Of a stretch of DNA of 64,000 bases, positions 22,001-31,496 are shown piece by piece. The notes below the pieces were generated by a model. It saw only the letters and a program-made list of their open reading frames with translations. It made no database searches and was not told where the DNA came from. The stretch lies in assembly GCA_026390445.1 (NCBI GenBank), contig JAPLFX010000030.1:2999-66998 (forward strand). Direction: 5' to 3'. A program made the translations under genes and the position numbers. Numbering within the stretch: the first letter of the stretch is position 1; every line of letters starts with the position of its first letter. Source of the DNA: Pseudomonadota bacterium (GTDB lineage: Bacteria; Bdellovibrionota_B; Oligoflexia; Oligoflexales; CAIYRB01).

Positions 22001-23173
22001 ATTATCTACGGTTCGACCCTGTCTGTTGCAGAAGGCGACCGCGTTGCAGCGGGCGATAAGCTGGCTGTTTGGGATCCCTTCACGGTGCCGATCATCGCGG
22101 AAGTTCCTGGAAACGTTCGCTACACCGACTTGCGTGAAGGCATGACGCTTGAAGAGCGAGTCGATGAAGTGACGTTCCAGACACAGCGCGTGGTGACCGA
22201 AGGGCGTACGGCTGATTTGAAGCCACGTCTCGAGATTGCCGATGCTGATGGCAAGGTGATGAAATCACCGACTAAGAAGGATGCGATCTACAACTTGCCG
22301 GTCGGTTCGATCGTCGTTCAAGACGATATGGCCATGGTTCACGCCGGGGATATTCTTGCGAAGATCCCGCGTGAGACGACCAAGACCAAGGATATTACCG
22401 GTGGTCTGCCGCGAGTCGGCGAGCTATTCGAAGCTCGTAAGCCGAAGGATATGGCGATCATGGCCGATCGCGATGGCACGGTGAGCTTTGGTGCAGACAC
22501 CAAGGGTAAGCGCAAGCTGGTCTTGACGGATAACGACGGCGAAGCCAAAGAGTATTTGATTCCTAAGGGCAAGCACGTCGTCGTCACCGAAGGTGACTAC
22601 GTTCGTAAAGGCGAGCTGCTGGTCGACGGTCAGGTCAATCCTCATGAAATCTTGGAAGTATTGGGGCGCGTTGCCTTGGCCAAGTTCATGGTCGACAACA
22701 TCCAGGATGTCTATCGCCTGCAAGGTGTCGAGATCAACGACAAGCATGTCGAGGTGATCGTTCGTCAGATGCTGCGCCGGGTTAAAATCGTCGATCCGGG
22801 CGATACCAAGTTCTTGCCTGCTGAGCAGGTGGATCGTCACGATCTATTCGATACCAATGCAAAGATGCGTGAAGACGGCAAAGCCGAGGCGACCTACGAA
22901 GCTCTGCTTCTTGGTATCACCAAAGCCTCGTTGTCGACGGAGAGCTTTATCTCTGCTGCATCCTTCCAGGAGACGACGAAAGTCCTTACCGAGGCGTCGA
23001 TCAACAGCAAAGTTGACTTCTTACGCGGCCTTAAGGAAAACGTCATCATGGGTCGTCTGATTCCGGCCGGTACCGGAGCCAAGGTTTATCGCGACTTGAA
23101 GGCAGAGGTGACGACGCAGCGGCGTCAGGTCTCGCCGTCTGGTGTGAACGAGCAAACGGCGGCACAGTCTTAA
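19022..23173 (+). CDS. rpoC: DNA-directed RNA polymerase subunit beta'
   Basis: 1383 aa, TTG start after gaggag. Zn-finger [23 protein letters not shown], catalytic [12 protein letters not shown], trigger-loop and bridge-helix blocks. Confidence 0.99.
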   Translation: MKDLLNFFDKPTDPLSFNAIKISLASPEKIRSWSYGEVKKPETINYRTFKPERDGLFCAKIFGPVRDFECICGKYKRMKHRGIVCDKCGVEVIHSKVRRERLGHINLATPVAHIWFLKSLPSRIGAVLDITLKDVERILYSESYVVLDAGNADQTKLKLAEVLSEEEYDTALAEHGNGAFRVGVGAEAIMELLSQVRVEDLAEDLRRDLRDVKAEATRKKLQKRLKVVEAFNQQDAGGNLMAKPQWMMLSVIPVLPPDLRPLVPLDGGRFATSDLNDLYRRVINRNNRLLRLIELNAPEIIIRNEKRMLQEAVDALFDNGRRGKVFTGPNKRPLRSLSDMLKGKQGRFRQNLLGKRVDYSGRSVIVVGPDLKLHQCGLPKKMAIELFKPFLYNKLEEHGIVSTIKSAKKLVEKERPEVWDSLEEVTKEHPVLLNRAPTLHRLGIQAFEPVLIEGKAIQLHPLVCFAFNADFDGDQMAVHIPLSVESQLEARVLMMSTNNILSPASGNPVIVPTQDIVLGIYYLTREDIGAHGAGKVFGSVEEVRAAYDHDGVALQAPITVRLRGSRVKTTVGRALLSEILPDEIPFDMINRSLGKKEMAKLVNETFRRCGPKKTVLVADALRATGYRYSTKAGLSISIGDMVVPQIKYKLLEEAYEEVKKIKEQYSEGLLTEGERYNKVIDIWAKVTESIASEMFKNISTMQRADHLGKEHRVASNNSIYMMADSGARGSAQQIRQLAGMRGLMAKPSGEIIETPITSNFREGLSVLEYFTSTHGARKGLADTALKTASSGYLTRRLVDVAQDAIISEYDCATQDGLMLVPLREGNDIKESLGKRCLGRVLLEDVKRPADGSVLVKVGQLIDEALADSIDKGLVESARVRSTLTCESRVGACAKCYGRDLATGHLVNVGEAVGVIAAQSIGEPGTQLTMRTFHFGGAVSHTVETSAQASRFSGVVKFESLRTVHNREGVLVVLTRTGEIQIVGDDGLVKEKYPIIYGSTLSVAEGDRVAAGDKLAVWDPFTVPIIAEVPGNVRYTDLREGMTLEERVDEVTFQTQRVVTEGRTADLKPRLEIADADGKVMKSPTKKDAIYNLPVGSIVVQDDMAMVHAGDILAKIPRETTKTKDITGGLPRVGELFEARKPKDMAIMADRDGTVSFGADTKGKRKLVLTDNDGEAKEYLIPKGKHVVVTEGDYVRKGELLVDGQVNPHEILEVLGRVALAKFMVDNIQDVYRLQGVEINDKHVEVIVRQMLRRVKIVDPGDTKFLPAEQVDRHDLFDTNAKMREDGKAEATYEALLLGITKASLSTESFISAASFQETTKVLTEASINSKVDFLRGLKENVIMGRLIPAGTGAKVYRDLKAEVTTQRRQVSPSGVNEQTAAQS

Positions 23174-23212
23174 TGGTCGGATTCGCTAGATTCAGTGTTT
23201 TTTAAGCTTTTA

Positions 23213-23233
23213 GGGGTTGCCTTGGGCAACCCC
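23213..23233 (+). terminator. GC-rich hairpin after rpoC (possible terminator, no 3' U-tract)
   Basis: 9-bp perfect stem GGGGTTGCC/GGCAACCCC with a 3-nt loop, 40 nt after the rpoC stop. T-rich sequence precedes rather than follows it, so it is not canonical. Confidence 0.35.
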
Positions 23234-23324
23234 GTCTGGTACCTATACATGCCGCAAAGGTCCTGTAGAAACTCCAGGATTGTTCGGCAATATGCTGATT
23301 TGATTAGATAAAGGTCGCAAATAC

Positions 23325-23699
23325 ATGCCTACGATTGGCCAGATCATCAAGAAGGGGCGCAGCCAGCTCAAAACCAAGAGCAAGTCGCCCGCGCTCACCG
23401 GTAGCCCGATGCGTCGCGGCGTCTGCGTCCGCGTCTACACGACGACTCCGAAGAAGCCTAACTCTGCATTGCGCAAGGTTGCTCGGGTTCGTTTGACCAA
23501 TGGTATCGAAGTGACATCCTACATCGGTGGTGAAGGCCATAATTTGCAGGAGCACAGCGTGGTCATGGTCCGGGGCGGTCGGGTTAAAGACTTGCCGGGT
23601 GTTCGTTATCACATCATCCGTGGCACGCTGGATACCAGCGGTGTCGCCAATCGCAAGCAGAGCCGCAGCAAATACGGCGCTAAGCGCCCGAAGTCCTAA
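23325..23699 (+). CDS. rpsL: 30S ribosomal protein S12
   Basis: 124 aa. [12 protein letters not shown]..., [19 protein letters not shown] motif. Confidence 0.98.
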   Translation: MPTIGQIIKKGRSQLKTKSKSPALTGSPMRRGVCVRVYTTTPKKPNSALRKVARVRLTNGIEVTSYIGGEGHNLQEHSVVMVRGGRVKDLPGVRYHIIRGTLDTSGVANRKQSRSKYGAKRPKS

Positions 23700-23716
23700 A
23701 AGGGAGAATCTAAGAC

Positions 23717-24205
23717 ATGGCACGTCGCCGCGAGATACCGAAACGCGAGATCCTTCCGGATCCTAAGTTCAAAGATGTTCTGGTCGCTAAGTTTGTTAAC
23801 TGCATGATGACTCACGGCAAGAAATCCGCTGCTGAGAAGGCGTTTTACGGCGCCATTGACATCATCGAGTCCAAAGGCCCGCAATCGATCGCACCACACA
23901 AAAATGGTGTCGAGGTGTTTCGCGCTGCCGTTGAGAACTCCCGCCCGTTGGTGGAAGTGAAGTCGCGCCGGGTTGGTGGTTCTAACTACCAGGTTCCCGT
24001 TGAAGTGCGCCCTGAGCGCCGTCAAGCTCTGGCCATTCGCTGGTTGATCGAGTTTTCCCGTGGCCGTCCTGGCCGCAGCATGGGTGAACGCCTTGCCGGT
24101 GAGTTGTTGGATGCCGCTAACAAGCGCGGTGGGACCATCAAGCGCCGTGAAGACGTGCACAAGATGGCCGATGCGAACAAAGCGTTTGCCCACTACCGTT
24201 GGTAA
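23717..24205 (+). CDS. rpsG: 30S ribosomal protein S7
   Basis: 162 aa. [18 protein letters not shown]..., [19 protein letters not shown] motif. Confidence 0.98.
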   Translation: MARRREIPKREILPDPKFKDVLVAKFVNCMMTHGKKSAAEKAFYGAIDIIESKGPQSIAPHKNGVEVFRAAVENSRPLVEVKSRRVGGSNYQVPVEVRPERRQALAIRWLIEFSRGRPGRSMGERLAGELLDAANKRGGTIKRREDVHKMADANKAFAHYRW

Positions 24206-24225
24206 GCACTGGTTTAGTAGATATG

Positions 24226-24254
24226 GGGCGGCTCTGGCCGCCCTTTATTTTTTT
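24226..24254 (+). terminator. canonical rho-independent terminator between rpsG and fusA
   Basis: GGGCGGC tctg GCCGCCC (7-bp all-GC stem, 4-nt loop) followed directly by TTTATTTTTTT. Begins 20 nt after the rpsG stop and ends about 50 nt before the fusA ATG. Confidence 0.8.
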
Positions 24255-24306
24255 AGGGTAAATTCTTCACGGTTGCTTGCTCCCTCCTACTTTGGTTGGT
24301 TTTTCC

Positions 24307-26400
24307 ATGGCGATGAAAAAGACCGAGCTTTCTGCATTCCGCAACATTGGTATCATGGCGCATATCGATGCCGGTAAGACGACAACCACCGAGCGTATCC
24401 TCTTTTACACCGGTAAAATCCACAAAATCGGCGAAGTGCATGAAGGCAACACGACGATGGACTGGATGATCCAGGAGCAAGAGCGAGGCATCACCATCAC
24501 CTCGGCCGCCGTCACTTGTTTTTGGAAAAATCATCGCATTAATATTATCGATACGCCTGGCCACGTGGACTTTACGGTGGAGGTCGAGCGCTCCTTGCGT
24601 GTGCTCGATGGCGCGGTGGCGGTATTCGACGGGGTTCATGGTGTCGAACCGCAGTCGGAGACGGTCTGGCGGCAAGCCAACAAGTATAAGGTGCCGCGCA
24701 TTGCGTTCATCAACAAACTGGACCGGGTTGGTGGGGATTTTGCCGCCTCAGTCGCGTCGATCCGGGAGCGCTTGAGTGCTAATCCGGTGTGCTTTCAGCT
24801 GCCGATTGGGCGCGAGGATGAGTTTCGCGGCGTCGTGGATTTGATCTCGATGCAGGCTTGGGTGTGGTCGGAGGATGCGCATAAGTCTACCACCTTTGAA
24901 ATAGGTGCCATTCCTGCGGACATGGTTGAAGAGGCTCAGGCCGCGCATGAATCCTTGGTCGAGCGGATTGCTGAGACCGACGAAGCATTGACGGAGCGCT
25001 TTTTAGAGGGGCAAAGTATTTCCTCAGACGAGCTATGGGCCGCAGCTCGCCGTGCGACCATTGGCTTTAAGTTTGTTCCCGTGTTTTGCGGGTCTGCGTT
25101 TAAAAATAAGGGCGTGCAACCTCTGCTCGATGCGATCGTGGCGCTGCTGCCGTCGCCGCTTGATTTGCCGGAGATGGAAGGCCTGTCGGCGGACGATAAA
25201 GAGATCGTGATGCACCGCAAGCGTCTTCCCGATGCGCCGATGTCCGGCTTGGTCTTTAAAATTGTGAGCGACCCCTTTGTCGGGCAATTGGCGTACGTGC
25301 GCATGTATTCGGGGACGGTGGATGTCGGCACCACCGTGTTTAATGCACGGACCGGTAAACGGGAGCGGGTGGCTAAGATCTTAACGATGCATGCGAACCA
25401 GCGCGAGGAAGTCACGCAAGCTACTGCTGGCGAAATCGTCGCTATGGCTGGCCTGAAGCTTGTGGCCACCGGTGACACCATTTGCGACCAGAAGGACCCG
25501 ATTCGTTACGAGTCCGTACAGTTCCCGACGCCGGTCATTGCGGTAGCCATCGAGCCCAAGAGTACTGCTGAGAATGACAAATTGGTTAAGTCTCTCGAAC
25601 GCCTGGTGGTTGAGGACCCGACCTTTAGGGTCGCGGTGGATCCGGAGACTGGGCAGACCTTGATCAGTGGAATGGGTGAGCTTCATTTGGAGATCATCAT
25701 CGATCGGCTGAAGCGTGAGTTCAAAGTGGACGCCAATGTTGGTGAGCCACAGGTTTCCTACCGTGAGACGATTGGTGCTAAAGGTTCAGCAGAAGAGACC
25801 TTTGAGCGTGAGTCGGCCGGGATCCACCAGTTTGCCGCCGTGCGTATCGATATTGAACCGCTCGACGGTGCCGCCGCCCAAGGTGGGCTGGTCTTTGAAA
25901 ACAAGGCATCGGCGCTGCAGGTTCCGGTCGCCTTTCTGAAAGGGGTCAAGACCGGGCTTGAGGAGAGCATGCAGGCGGGGCCGATCGCGGGCTTTCCGGT
26001 GCTTGGCGTCAAAGCCACGCTGCGTGGAGGGGCGTTTCAGGAGCAGGTCTCCGATGAGATCGCCTTTAAAATCGCGGCGGCCAGTGCGATGCGTGTAGCC
26101 CTGCGCAAGGCTCAGCCGCAGCTGCTTGAGCCGGTCATGGCTCTTGAGGTGTCCGTGCCTGAGTCCTATCTTTCTAACATTATCACTGATTTGAATAGTC
26201 GCCACGCGAAGGTCAACAACGTCTCGTTGCGCGGCCATGTGCAGGTTGTGGAAGCCTCTGCGCCGCTGGCGCAGATGTTTGGTTATTCGACGCAGCTGCG
26301 TTCTATCTCTCAGGGGCGTTCGACCTATACGATGCAGTTTTCTCACTACGAACCGGTATCGAAGCAGACCCTGGAGCGAATTACCGGTCATAGCGGCTAA
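24307..26400 (+). CDS. fusA: translation elongation factor G
   Basis: I chose ATG 24307 ([36 protein letters not shown]). The ORF-track start at 24277 is TTG and lies just after the terminator tail. G-motifs [20 protein letters not shown]; full five-domain length (697 aa). Confidence 0.96.
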   Translation: MAMKKTELSAFRNIGIMAHIDAGKTTTTERILFYTGKIHKIGEVHEGNTTMDWMIQEQERGITITSAAVTCFWKNHRINIIDTPGHVDFTVEVERSLRVLDGAVAVFDGVHGVEPQSETVWRQANKYKVPRIAFINKLDRVGGDFAASVASIRERLSANPVCFQLPIGREDEFRGVVDLISMQAWVWSEDAHKSTTFEIGAIPADMVEEAQAAHESLVERIAETDEALTERFLEGQSISSDELWAAARRATIGFKFVPVFCGSAFKNKGVQPLLDAIVALLPSPLDLPEMEGLSADDKEIVMHRKRLPDAPMSGLVFKIVSDPFVGQLAYVRMYSGTVDVGTTVFNARTGKRERVAKILTMHANQREEVTQATAGEIVAMAGLKLVATGDTICDQKDPIRYESVQFPTPVIAVAIEPKSTAENDKLVKSLERLVVEDPTFRVAVDPETGQTLISGMGELHLEIIIDRLKREFKVDANVGEPQVSYRETIGAKGSAEETFERESAGIHQFAAVRIDIEPLDGAAAQGGLVFENKASALQVPVAFLKGVKTGLEESMQAGPIAGFPVLGVKATLRGGAFQEQVSDEIAFKIAAASAMRVALRKAQPQLLEPVMALEVSVPESYLSNIITDLNSRHAKVNNVSLRGHVQVVEASAPLAQMFGYSTQLRSISQGRSTYTMQFSHYEPVSKQTLERITGHSG

Positions 26401-26454
26401 GGTTGTTGACAGATGCTGCATGCATCGTTACAACTTGGTTCTCGGTTTTCTTAT

Positions 26455-26531
26455 GCGGGCATAGCTCAGTTGGTTAGAGCGCTACGTTGACATCGTAGAG
26501 GTCCCCTGTTCGAGTCAGGGTGTCCGTACCA
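26455..26531 (+). tRNA. tRNA-Val (anticodon GAC)
   Basis: D arm TAGCTCAGTTGGTTAGAGC, anticodon stem CTACG/CGTAG with loop TTGACAT, T arm CCCTG TTCGAGT CAGGG, encoded CCA. Acceptor GCGGGCA/TGTCCGT contains two G-U pairs, including 1-72. Confidence 0.8.
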
Positions 26532-26662
26532 TTTTAGAAGACTCGTCATGATGATGGCTGGAGTCGTGAACGCCGAGTCGGGTGATGCAAGAGGATCCAA
26601 GCGCAGGCGCAGCGCCCCAGGTCCTCAAGCGCTTGGTTGGTCGTAGGGCCGAGTCAGCTCGC

Positions 26663-28042
26663 CTATGACAACAACGTCGATGTCGGCGTGTGCAAGGCCG
26701 ACGGTATGTTGTCTACAGCGCGGACATTGCTGTCACCATGATGGTGAGCGGTAGCCTGCGCATATTGTGCCACGGTAATGATGAGTTGGTTCTGACTAAT
26801 TGGTTTAGTCAGGTGGTCGTTGACGCCGGCTTTCAGTGCACGTTCTCGTTCTTCCTTCATCGCATGCGCGGTGAGCGCGATGATGGGTTTGCGGTAGCCC
26901 TGCCGGCGCAAGCTTTCCGTTGCGTCGTAGCCGTCCAGGCGTGGCATCTGGAGATCCATCAGGATGATATCGTAGTCATTGGCCCACGCCTTAGTCAGGA
27001 CCTCTAAACCATCGTTGGCGATATCGACCTTGGCGCCATTGGCCGCAAGCAGCCGCTGAATAAGCATTTGGTTGTCGATCGCGTCTTCGGCTAGCAGAAT
27101 GCGAAGTCCCTGTAGGCGTAGGGCGCTGGAGGCGCGGGCACCCTGGCGTTGTGGCTGGCGCTGATCTGGCAGTTGGTGAATATAGGGTACGCCTAACGCT
27201 CTGCCGACTGGCACGGTGACCATGAAGGTGGACCCCTGTCCAGCCTGGCTGGATTGCAAGGTGACATCGCCGCCCAGTAGACGGGCCAAACGGCGCGATA
27301 AGGCCAGGCCAAGCCCGTTACCGCCAACCGGTCTAGTCGTCGACTGGTCGGCCGGGGAGAAGGTTTGAAATAGCGATACCTGATCGGCCGGTGCGATACC
27401 GCGTCCTGTGTCTTTGACGTAAAAGGCGATCTGATCCTCGCCGGCGTTGTCTTTGACCTGCTTGAGCGTTAGTTCAACGGAGCCGTGTTTGGTAAACTTA
27501 ATGGCGTTGCCGACGACGTGGAGAAGTATTTGCCGCAGGCGTATCGGATCGGACGTGATGCGTTCGGGGATGAGACCCTCGATACCGGTTTTGAAGTCGA
27601 TACCTGACTCCTGCGCCTGTCTTCCGAGCAGTGTCGCAACCTCGGCGACCAAGTTAGGTAAGGAAAGGTCCAGGCTTTCGATTTCGAGTTTACCGGCGTC
27701 TACCATGCTCAGATCTAGGATGTCGTCGATCATGCGCGCTAGCAGGGTGCCATTGCGGCGCAAGGTCGCGGTGAACTGAACTCGATCGTCGTGACTGATA
27801 GCGGCGTCTTCATCAGCGAGGATCTCGCTGAATCCCAGGATCGCATTGAGTGGCGTGCGGATCTCGTGACTCATATTGGCGACAAAAGCGGCCTTGGCAC
27901 GGACTGACGCGGCGGCTGCCTGGCGTGCCTGCTTCATCTCGGCCTCGAGCGCTTTGCAGCGCTCTTCGCTTTGACGTAGGGCTTCCTGGAGGCGACGGCG
28001 CTCAGTCAGAATCGTTTCGATAAATCGCAGCACACGGCCCAA
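26663..28042 (-). CDS. hybrid histidine kinase / response regulator without recognisable sensor domain
   Basis: 459 aa, TTG start. N-terminal coiled-coil only, then H-box SHEIRTPLNAILGFSEIL, N-box HVVGNAIKFT, G-boxes KDTGRGI and GNGLGLALSRRLARLLGG. C-terminal receiver (ILLAEDAIDNQ..., DIILMDLQMPRLDG, ALTAHA, K in LTKP). An in-frame stop 17 codons upstream of the start excludes a longer N-terminus. Confidence 0.85.
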   Translation of the reverse strand: MGRVLRFIETILTERRRLQEALRQSEERCKALEAEMKQARQAAAASVRAKAAFVANMSHEIRTPLNAILGFSEILADEDAAISHDDRVQFTATLRRNGTLLARMIDDILDLSMVDAGKLEIESLDLSLPNLVAEVATLLGRQAQESGIDFKTGIEGLIPERITSDPIRLRQILLHVVGNAIKFTKHGSVELTLKQVKDNAGEDQIAFYVKDTGRGIAPADQVSLFQTFSPADQSTTRPVGGNGLGLALSRRLARLLGGDVTLQSSQAGQGSTFMVTVPVGRALGVPYIHQLPDQRQPQRQGARASSALRLQGLRILLAEDAIDNQMLIQRLLAANGAKVDIANDGLEVLTKAWANDYDIILMDLQMPRLDGYDATESLRRQGYRKPIIALTAHAMKEERERALKAGVNDHLTKPISQNQLIITVAQYAQATAHHHGDSNVRAVDNIPSALHTPTSTLLS

Positions 28043-28367
28043 TATTAGCCTCGTGATCTGTTCGGCCTGGCGAAAAGCTTGGTCATGGCGCGACTATACT
28101 CCCTATAGCCTGTCACATATATGGATCATTGGGGGTATTGAGCAGTTCCCCAGGACTTGTGGCCGGTTTCGGGTGGGGCAAGGACCATAACCAATTTAGT
28201 CGGCCAGGCGGCCAGATTTCTGGCGCCTTGGTCCTTAATATAAGTTGTGTCGTCGGCCGGTCCTCGTGCTAAGGAGGGGGCAGTCCGTTTTGGCTAATCA
28301 TTGCGGCATCTCCACTCCAGGCAATACGGGCGTGTGAGCGGCATGATGCGCACAAAGAAGGAATCTG

Positions 28368-29480
28368 ATGAAAGCAAAAAATATGTTGGCACTCGTCGCT
28401 GCGTGCCTGACTTGGAGCTGCGGTCGGCCCGCGGGTTCCAGCCACGTCGAAGAGATTTGGAACAAGGCCAATGACCCGCTGTTGTTGCAGGGCGACTTCA
28501 CAAGGCAATTTTCCAAGTTGCCACTCACCGGTGAATTGCCTGAAACACCTTGGACCGACACCTACTGGCCCAGTAACCTTGGCGGCATCGCTCAACGCTG
28601 GCGCCATGCACCGGCGGATCAGTTTAGCTACAAGACCTACTCCGAGGCGGCCGTCGCTAAACTGAGTTTGGCGCAGTTGGCCGATCTTTCGCCAGCCGAG
28701 AAATATGACATCTACCAGGGCCGCTTCGACTACCCGACCGTCGCGCGTGAGCGTGCCCGCGTTAGTGCTAAAAATGCGTATTGGGAAGGCATCTGCCACG
28801 GCTGGGCCCCAGCCGCATTGAATTTTGCTGAGCCCAAGCCGATTAAACTAGCGGGCGCCAGCGGTATCCAGGTGCCGTTTGGCTCGTCGGACATCAAGGC
28901 TTTACTTAGCTATTACGAAGGAGAACTAAGCGCAGCGCCATCGCGAATGCTCGGCACGCGCTGCAATATCGATCTGGGCAAGTTCCCCAATGCGGCGAAA
29001 ACTCACCCGGAATGCAAAGGCATCAATGCTGGCGCTTTCCACGTCGCCTTAGTCAACTTGGTCGGACGGGACGTAAAAGGCTTTGTCGCCGACGTCTCCC
29101 ATGGCAACGAAATCTGGAACCAACCAGTTTATGGTTTTAGGTCTAAGGTAGAGACTGAGCGCGCGCCGTCCCCAGGAGCAGCTCCAGAAGCGACCTCCGA
29201 AGTCGTGATCAACACCGAAATGGATTACACGAAAGAAATTGATCCGACCTGGGCCGCCGTCAACGGGACCGATGACTGGTCTGGCGAGACCGTGATGTAT
29301 CGTTATACGGTCGAGTTAAATGCTCGCGGTAACATCATCGGTGGTGCGTGGTTATCCACCGAGCTGCTCGACTTTGTTTGGACGCAGGAGCGGCCGGAGT
29401 TCAGCGGATATTTTGCCGATGTCTTGAAGGTCTATGAGCGGGCAAAAAACTCCAGAACGGTCCTGGCCGAACCGAATTGA
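28368..29480 (+). CDS. secreted GP42-type transglutaminase homologue (TGase-elicitor family) with Pep-13-like motif
   Basis: 370 aa. Signal peptide with a Cys (MKAKNMLALVAACLTWSCG). Candidate catalytic Cys in WEGICHGWAPAA (codon 28794-28796). The segment IWNQPVYGFRSKV (29112-29150) closely matches the Phytophthora Pep-13 epitope VWNQPVRGFKVYE as I recall it. Confidence 0.6.
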   Translation: MKAKNMLALVAACLTWSCGRPAGSSHVEEIWNKANDPLLLQGDFTRQFSKLPLTGELPETPWTDTYWPSNLGGIAQRWRHAPADQFSYKTYSEAAVAKLSLAQLADLSPAEKYDIYQGRFDYPTVARERARVSAKNAYWEGICHGWAPAALNFAEPKPIKLAGASGIQVPFGSSDIKALLSYYEGELSAAPSRMLGTRCNIDLGKFPNAAKTHPECKGINAGAFHVALVNLVGRDVKGFVADVSHGNEIWNQPVYGFRSKVETERAPSPGAAPEATSEVVINTEMDYTKEIDPTWAAVNGTDDWSGETVMYRYTVELNARGNIIGGAWLSTELLDFVWTQERPEFSGYFADVLKVYERAKNSRTVLAEPN

Positions 29481-29543
29481 TCCGAGGCTTGAGATTTAAG
29501 TGTACAGGTTTAGGTACTAAATAGTTAGTTTGTGCAAAAGAAC

Positions 29544-29580
29544 CAAGGCATCCGGCAAGGTCGGTGCCTTGATTTTTTTT
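29544..29580 (+). terminator. rho-independent terminator after the GP42-like gene
   Basis: CAAGGCA...TGCCTTG outer stem with inner CCG/CGG pairs, followed by A then T8 (29573-29580). Confidence 0.75.
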
Positions 29581-29708
29581 GGCCCATGCCGATAGCCGTT
29601 GTGCAGGTTATGCATAGAGCGATGAGCGGTGCTGCAGTTTTGGGCGCCAACTTTGGACCGGGCTGTTCATTGCTGCGACTTTTTTTATCCAGCAAGAGGC
29701 GATCAAGG

Positions 29709-30596
29709 ATGGTTCGTAAAGTCCGCCAGACCAAACCGATGGTGGTCCTCAATGCGCGTGGCAAAATTCGCATCATCGGCATGCGGCATCTGGTATTGAG
29801 TGATCTCTACTATTCGCTGCTGCAGCGGTCCTGGTGGTTTTTTTCGGTGATTGTGGTCTTCGGTTATCTCGCCCTAAATGGCGTGTTTGCCGCAATTTAC
29901 TGCCTCGATCCTGATGGTCTTGCCAATGCCCGGCCGGACTCCTTTATGGATCGCTTTTTTTTCAGCGTTCAGACGACGTCGACGGTCGGCTATGGCTACA
30001 TGTATCCTAAGTCCCTGTGGACTAATTTGATGGTAACCTCAGAGAGCATCGTTGCCCTAATCGGGGTCGCCATGATCACTGGGGTGGTCTTTGCCAAGTT
30101 CAGTCGGCCGCGTGCCCGAGTGATCTTTAGCAAAGCGGCTGTCATCGCCCCTCATGATGGTGTGCCGACTCTGATGTTTCGGGTCGCCAATGAACGTGCC
30201 AATTTCATTGCCGATGCAAGTATCCATGTGAGCTTGGTGCTCCCAGGCATCACTGCGGAGGGTCGTAGCTTCAATAGGATGTTGGATCTGCAGTTGGTGC
30301 GCCACCGCAGTTCGATGTTTTCCGTGACGTGGACGGTGTTGCACCAAGTCAATGCCGCTAGCCCACTATTTGGTCGTAGCAGCGAGGAGATGATCAAGGC
30401 TGGCGCATTTTTGGTTTGTTCTCTCACCGGCTATGATTCAACCATGGGTCATATGCTGCATGCGAGGCATAGCTATGATCCGACCGCCATCCAATGGAAC
30501 ATGCGGCTGGTGGATATCCTGAAGCCGGCGGAGGATGGTGATGGAATGGTGATTGACTACCACAGGTTCCACGCCACGGAGCCTGATGTTGCCTGA
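29709..30596 (+). CDS. inward-rectifier-type potassium channel (KirBac family)
   Basis: I chose ATG 29709 (MVRKVRQTKP...) because the ORF-track start at 29532 lies inside the upstream terminator. Slide helix and TM1 (LSDLYYSLLQRSWWFFSVIVVFGYLALNGVFAAIY), pore helix plus selectivity filter FFFSVQTTSTVGYGY, TM2, then a beta-rich cytoplasmic domain typical of Kir/KirBac. Confidence 0.85.
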   Translation: MVRKVRQTKPMVVLNARGKIRIIGMRHLVLSDLYYSLLQRSWWFFSVIVVFGYLALNGVFAAIYCLDPDGLANARPDSFMDRFFFSVQTTSTVGYGYMYPKSLWTNLMVTSESIVALIGVAMITGVVFAKFSRPRARVIFSKAAVIAPHDGVPTLMFRVANERANFIADASIHVSLVLPGITAEGRSFNRMLDLQLVRHRSSMFSVTWTVLHQVNAASPLFGRSSEEMIKAGAFLVCSLTGYDSTMGHMLHARHSYDPTAIQWNMRLVDILKPAEDGDGMVIDYHRFHATEPDVA

Positions 30597-30768
30597 TTGG
30601 CCGTGGGCACTCTTCGTGTCTTCAGGGGCAAGGCCGGTTGCGGATATCATGGACTCCCAAGATCAGTGCCCCGAAGCCGGGCATCCTGAAACCGGGCGTA
30701 CGGTTGCGCTTGATCCTTCGGGCGCAAGCCATTAAAACCAAGATTCAACCCCTCCCTGGAGACCTCGA

Positions 30769-31359
30769 ATGATGAAGTATGCAAACGCAACGTCCGTAGC
30801 ATTTCTTTTGCTGATGCCTCTAACAGGCTGCACCACGACCAGCGAAGACGTGGCCAAGACCGAGGCAATAGCCGATGAAAAAACCGAGGAAGCCTATAAT
30901 GCCGCTGATGAACGCGCGTTAAAGGCACAGGATGTCGCCGAAGAGAAGACGATTCAGGCCGTTGACGAAGCCGATCGCAAGATCGAGGCAGCCCTGCGTC
31001 AGGCCGATATCGACACCGAAAAGGCCTATCAAACAGCTGACTCGATCGAGGCAAAGCAAGATAAGCGGGTCGAGATCACGAGACAAAAGCAGTTCGTGAG
31101 CGACATGAGTAGCCGCCTGAGCAGCCGGAAAAAAGAGATCAAGGCCTTAGCTGATCAAATCAGCAAGGAAAGTGCCAGTGATAGGGCCCGTGATGAACCG
31201 CGACTCGCCGCCTTGCGCGATGCTCAGCACGCGGCAGAAGACCTCCTCAACAAGGTTAAAAAGGCCGACTGGCGGGAGTGGACGGTGCAAAAGGCAGCGG
31301 TGCAATCCGCCTTCGGTCAACTTGAAGATCACTTGAGCGAGACCAAAGTCGCACGCTAG
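30769..31359 (+). CDS. hypothetical lipoprotein, acidic coiled-coil
   Basis: 196 aa. Signal plus lipobox (LLLMPLTGC). The remainder is charged and helical (repeated A.DE/EK segments). No family recognised. Confidence 0.6.
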   Translation: MMKYANATSVAFLLLMPLTGCTTTSEDVAKTEAIADEKTEEAYNAADERALKAQDVAEEKTIQAVDEADRKIEAALRQADIDTEKAYQTADSIEAKQDKRVEITRQKQFVSDMSSRLSSRKKEIKALADQISKESASDRARDEPRLAALRDAQHAAEDLLNKVKKADWREWTVQKAAVQSAFGQLEDHLSETKVAR

Positions 31360-31496
31360 TGCCACCGAGGAGAACACTTGGCGTGTGCCGCCGGTCTATT
31401 TAGACAGCGGCTACGTCGGTCGTCACTCAAACATCCCAGAGGCGCGGCGCTAGAACCCTCGCGGAGCCAGCCACCTTGGACTCTGCGACGCTCCTG

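Noticed and set aside
26455-29500. tRNA-Val as the attachment site of an integrated genomic island
   Set aside because: No integrase gene is adjacent, I could find no direct repeat of the tRNA 3' end downstream, and there are no phage or conjugation genes. Only the synteny break is reported, as a finding.
29532-29708. N-terminal 59 codons of the ORF-track version of the K+ channel gene
   Set aside because: This extension starts inside the upstream rho-independent terminator (29544-29580) and encodes no channel-like sequence. ATG 29709 gives a KirBac-like N-terminus.
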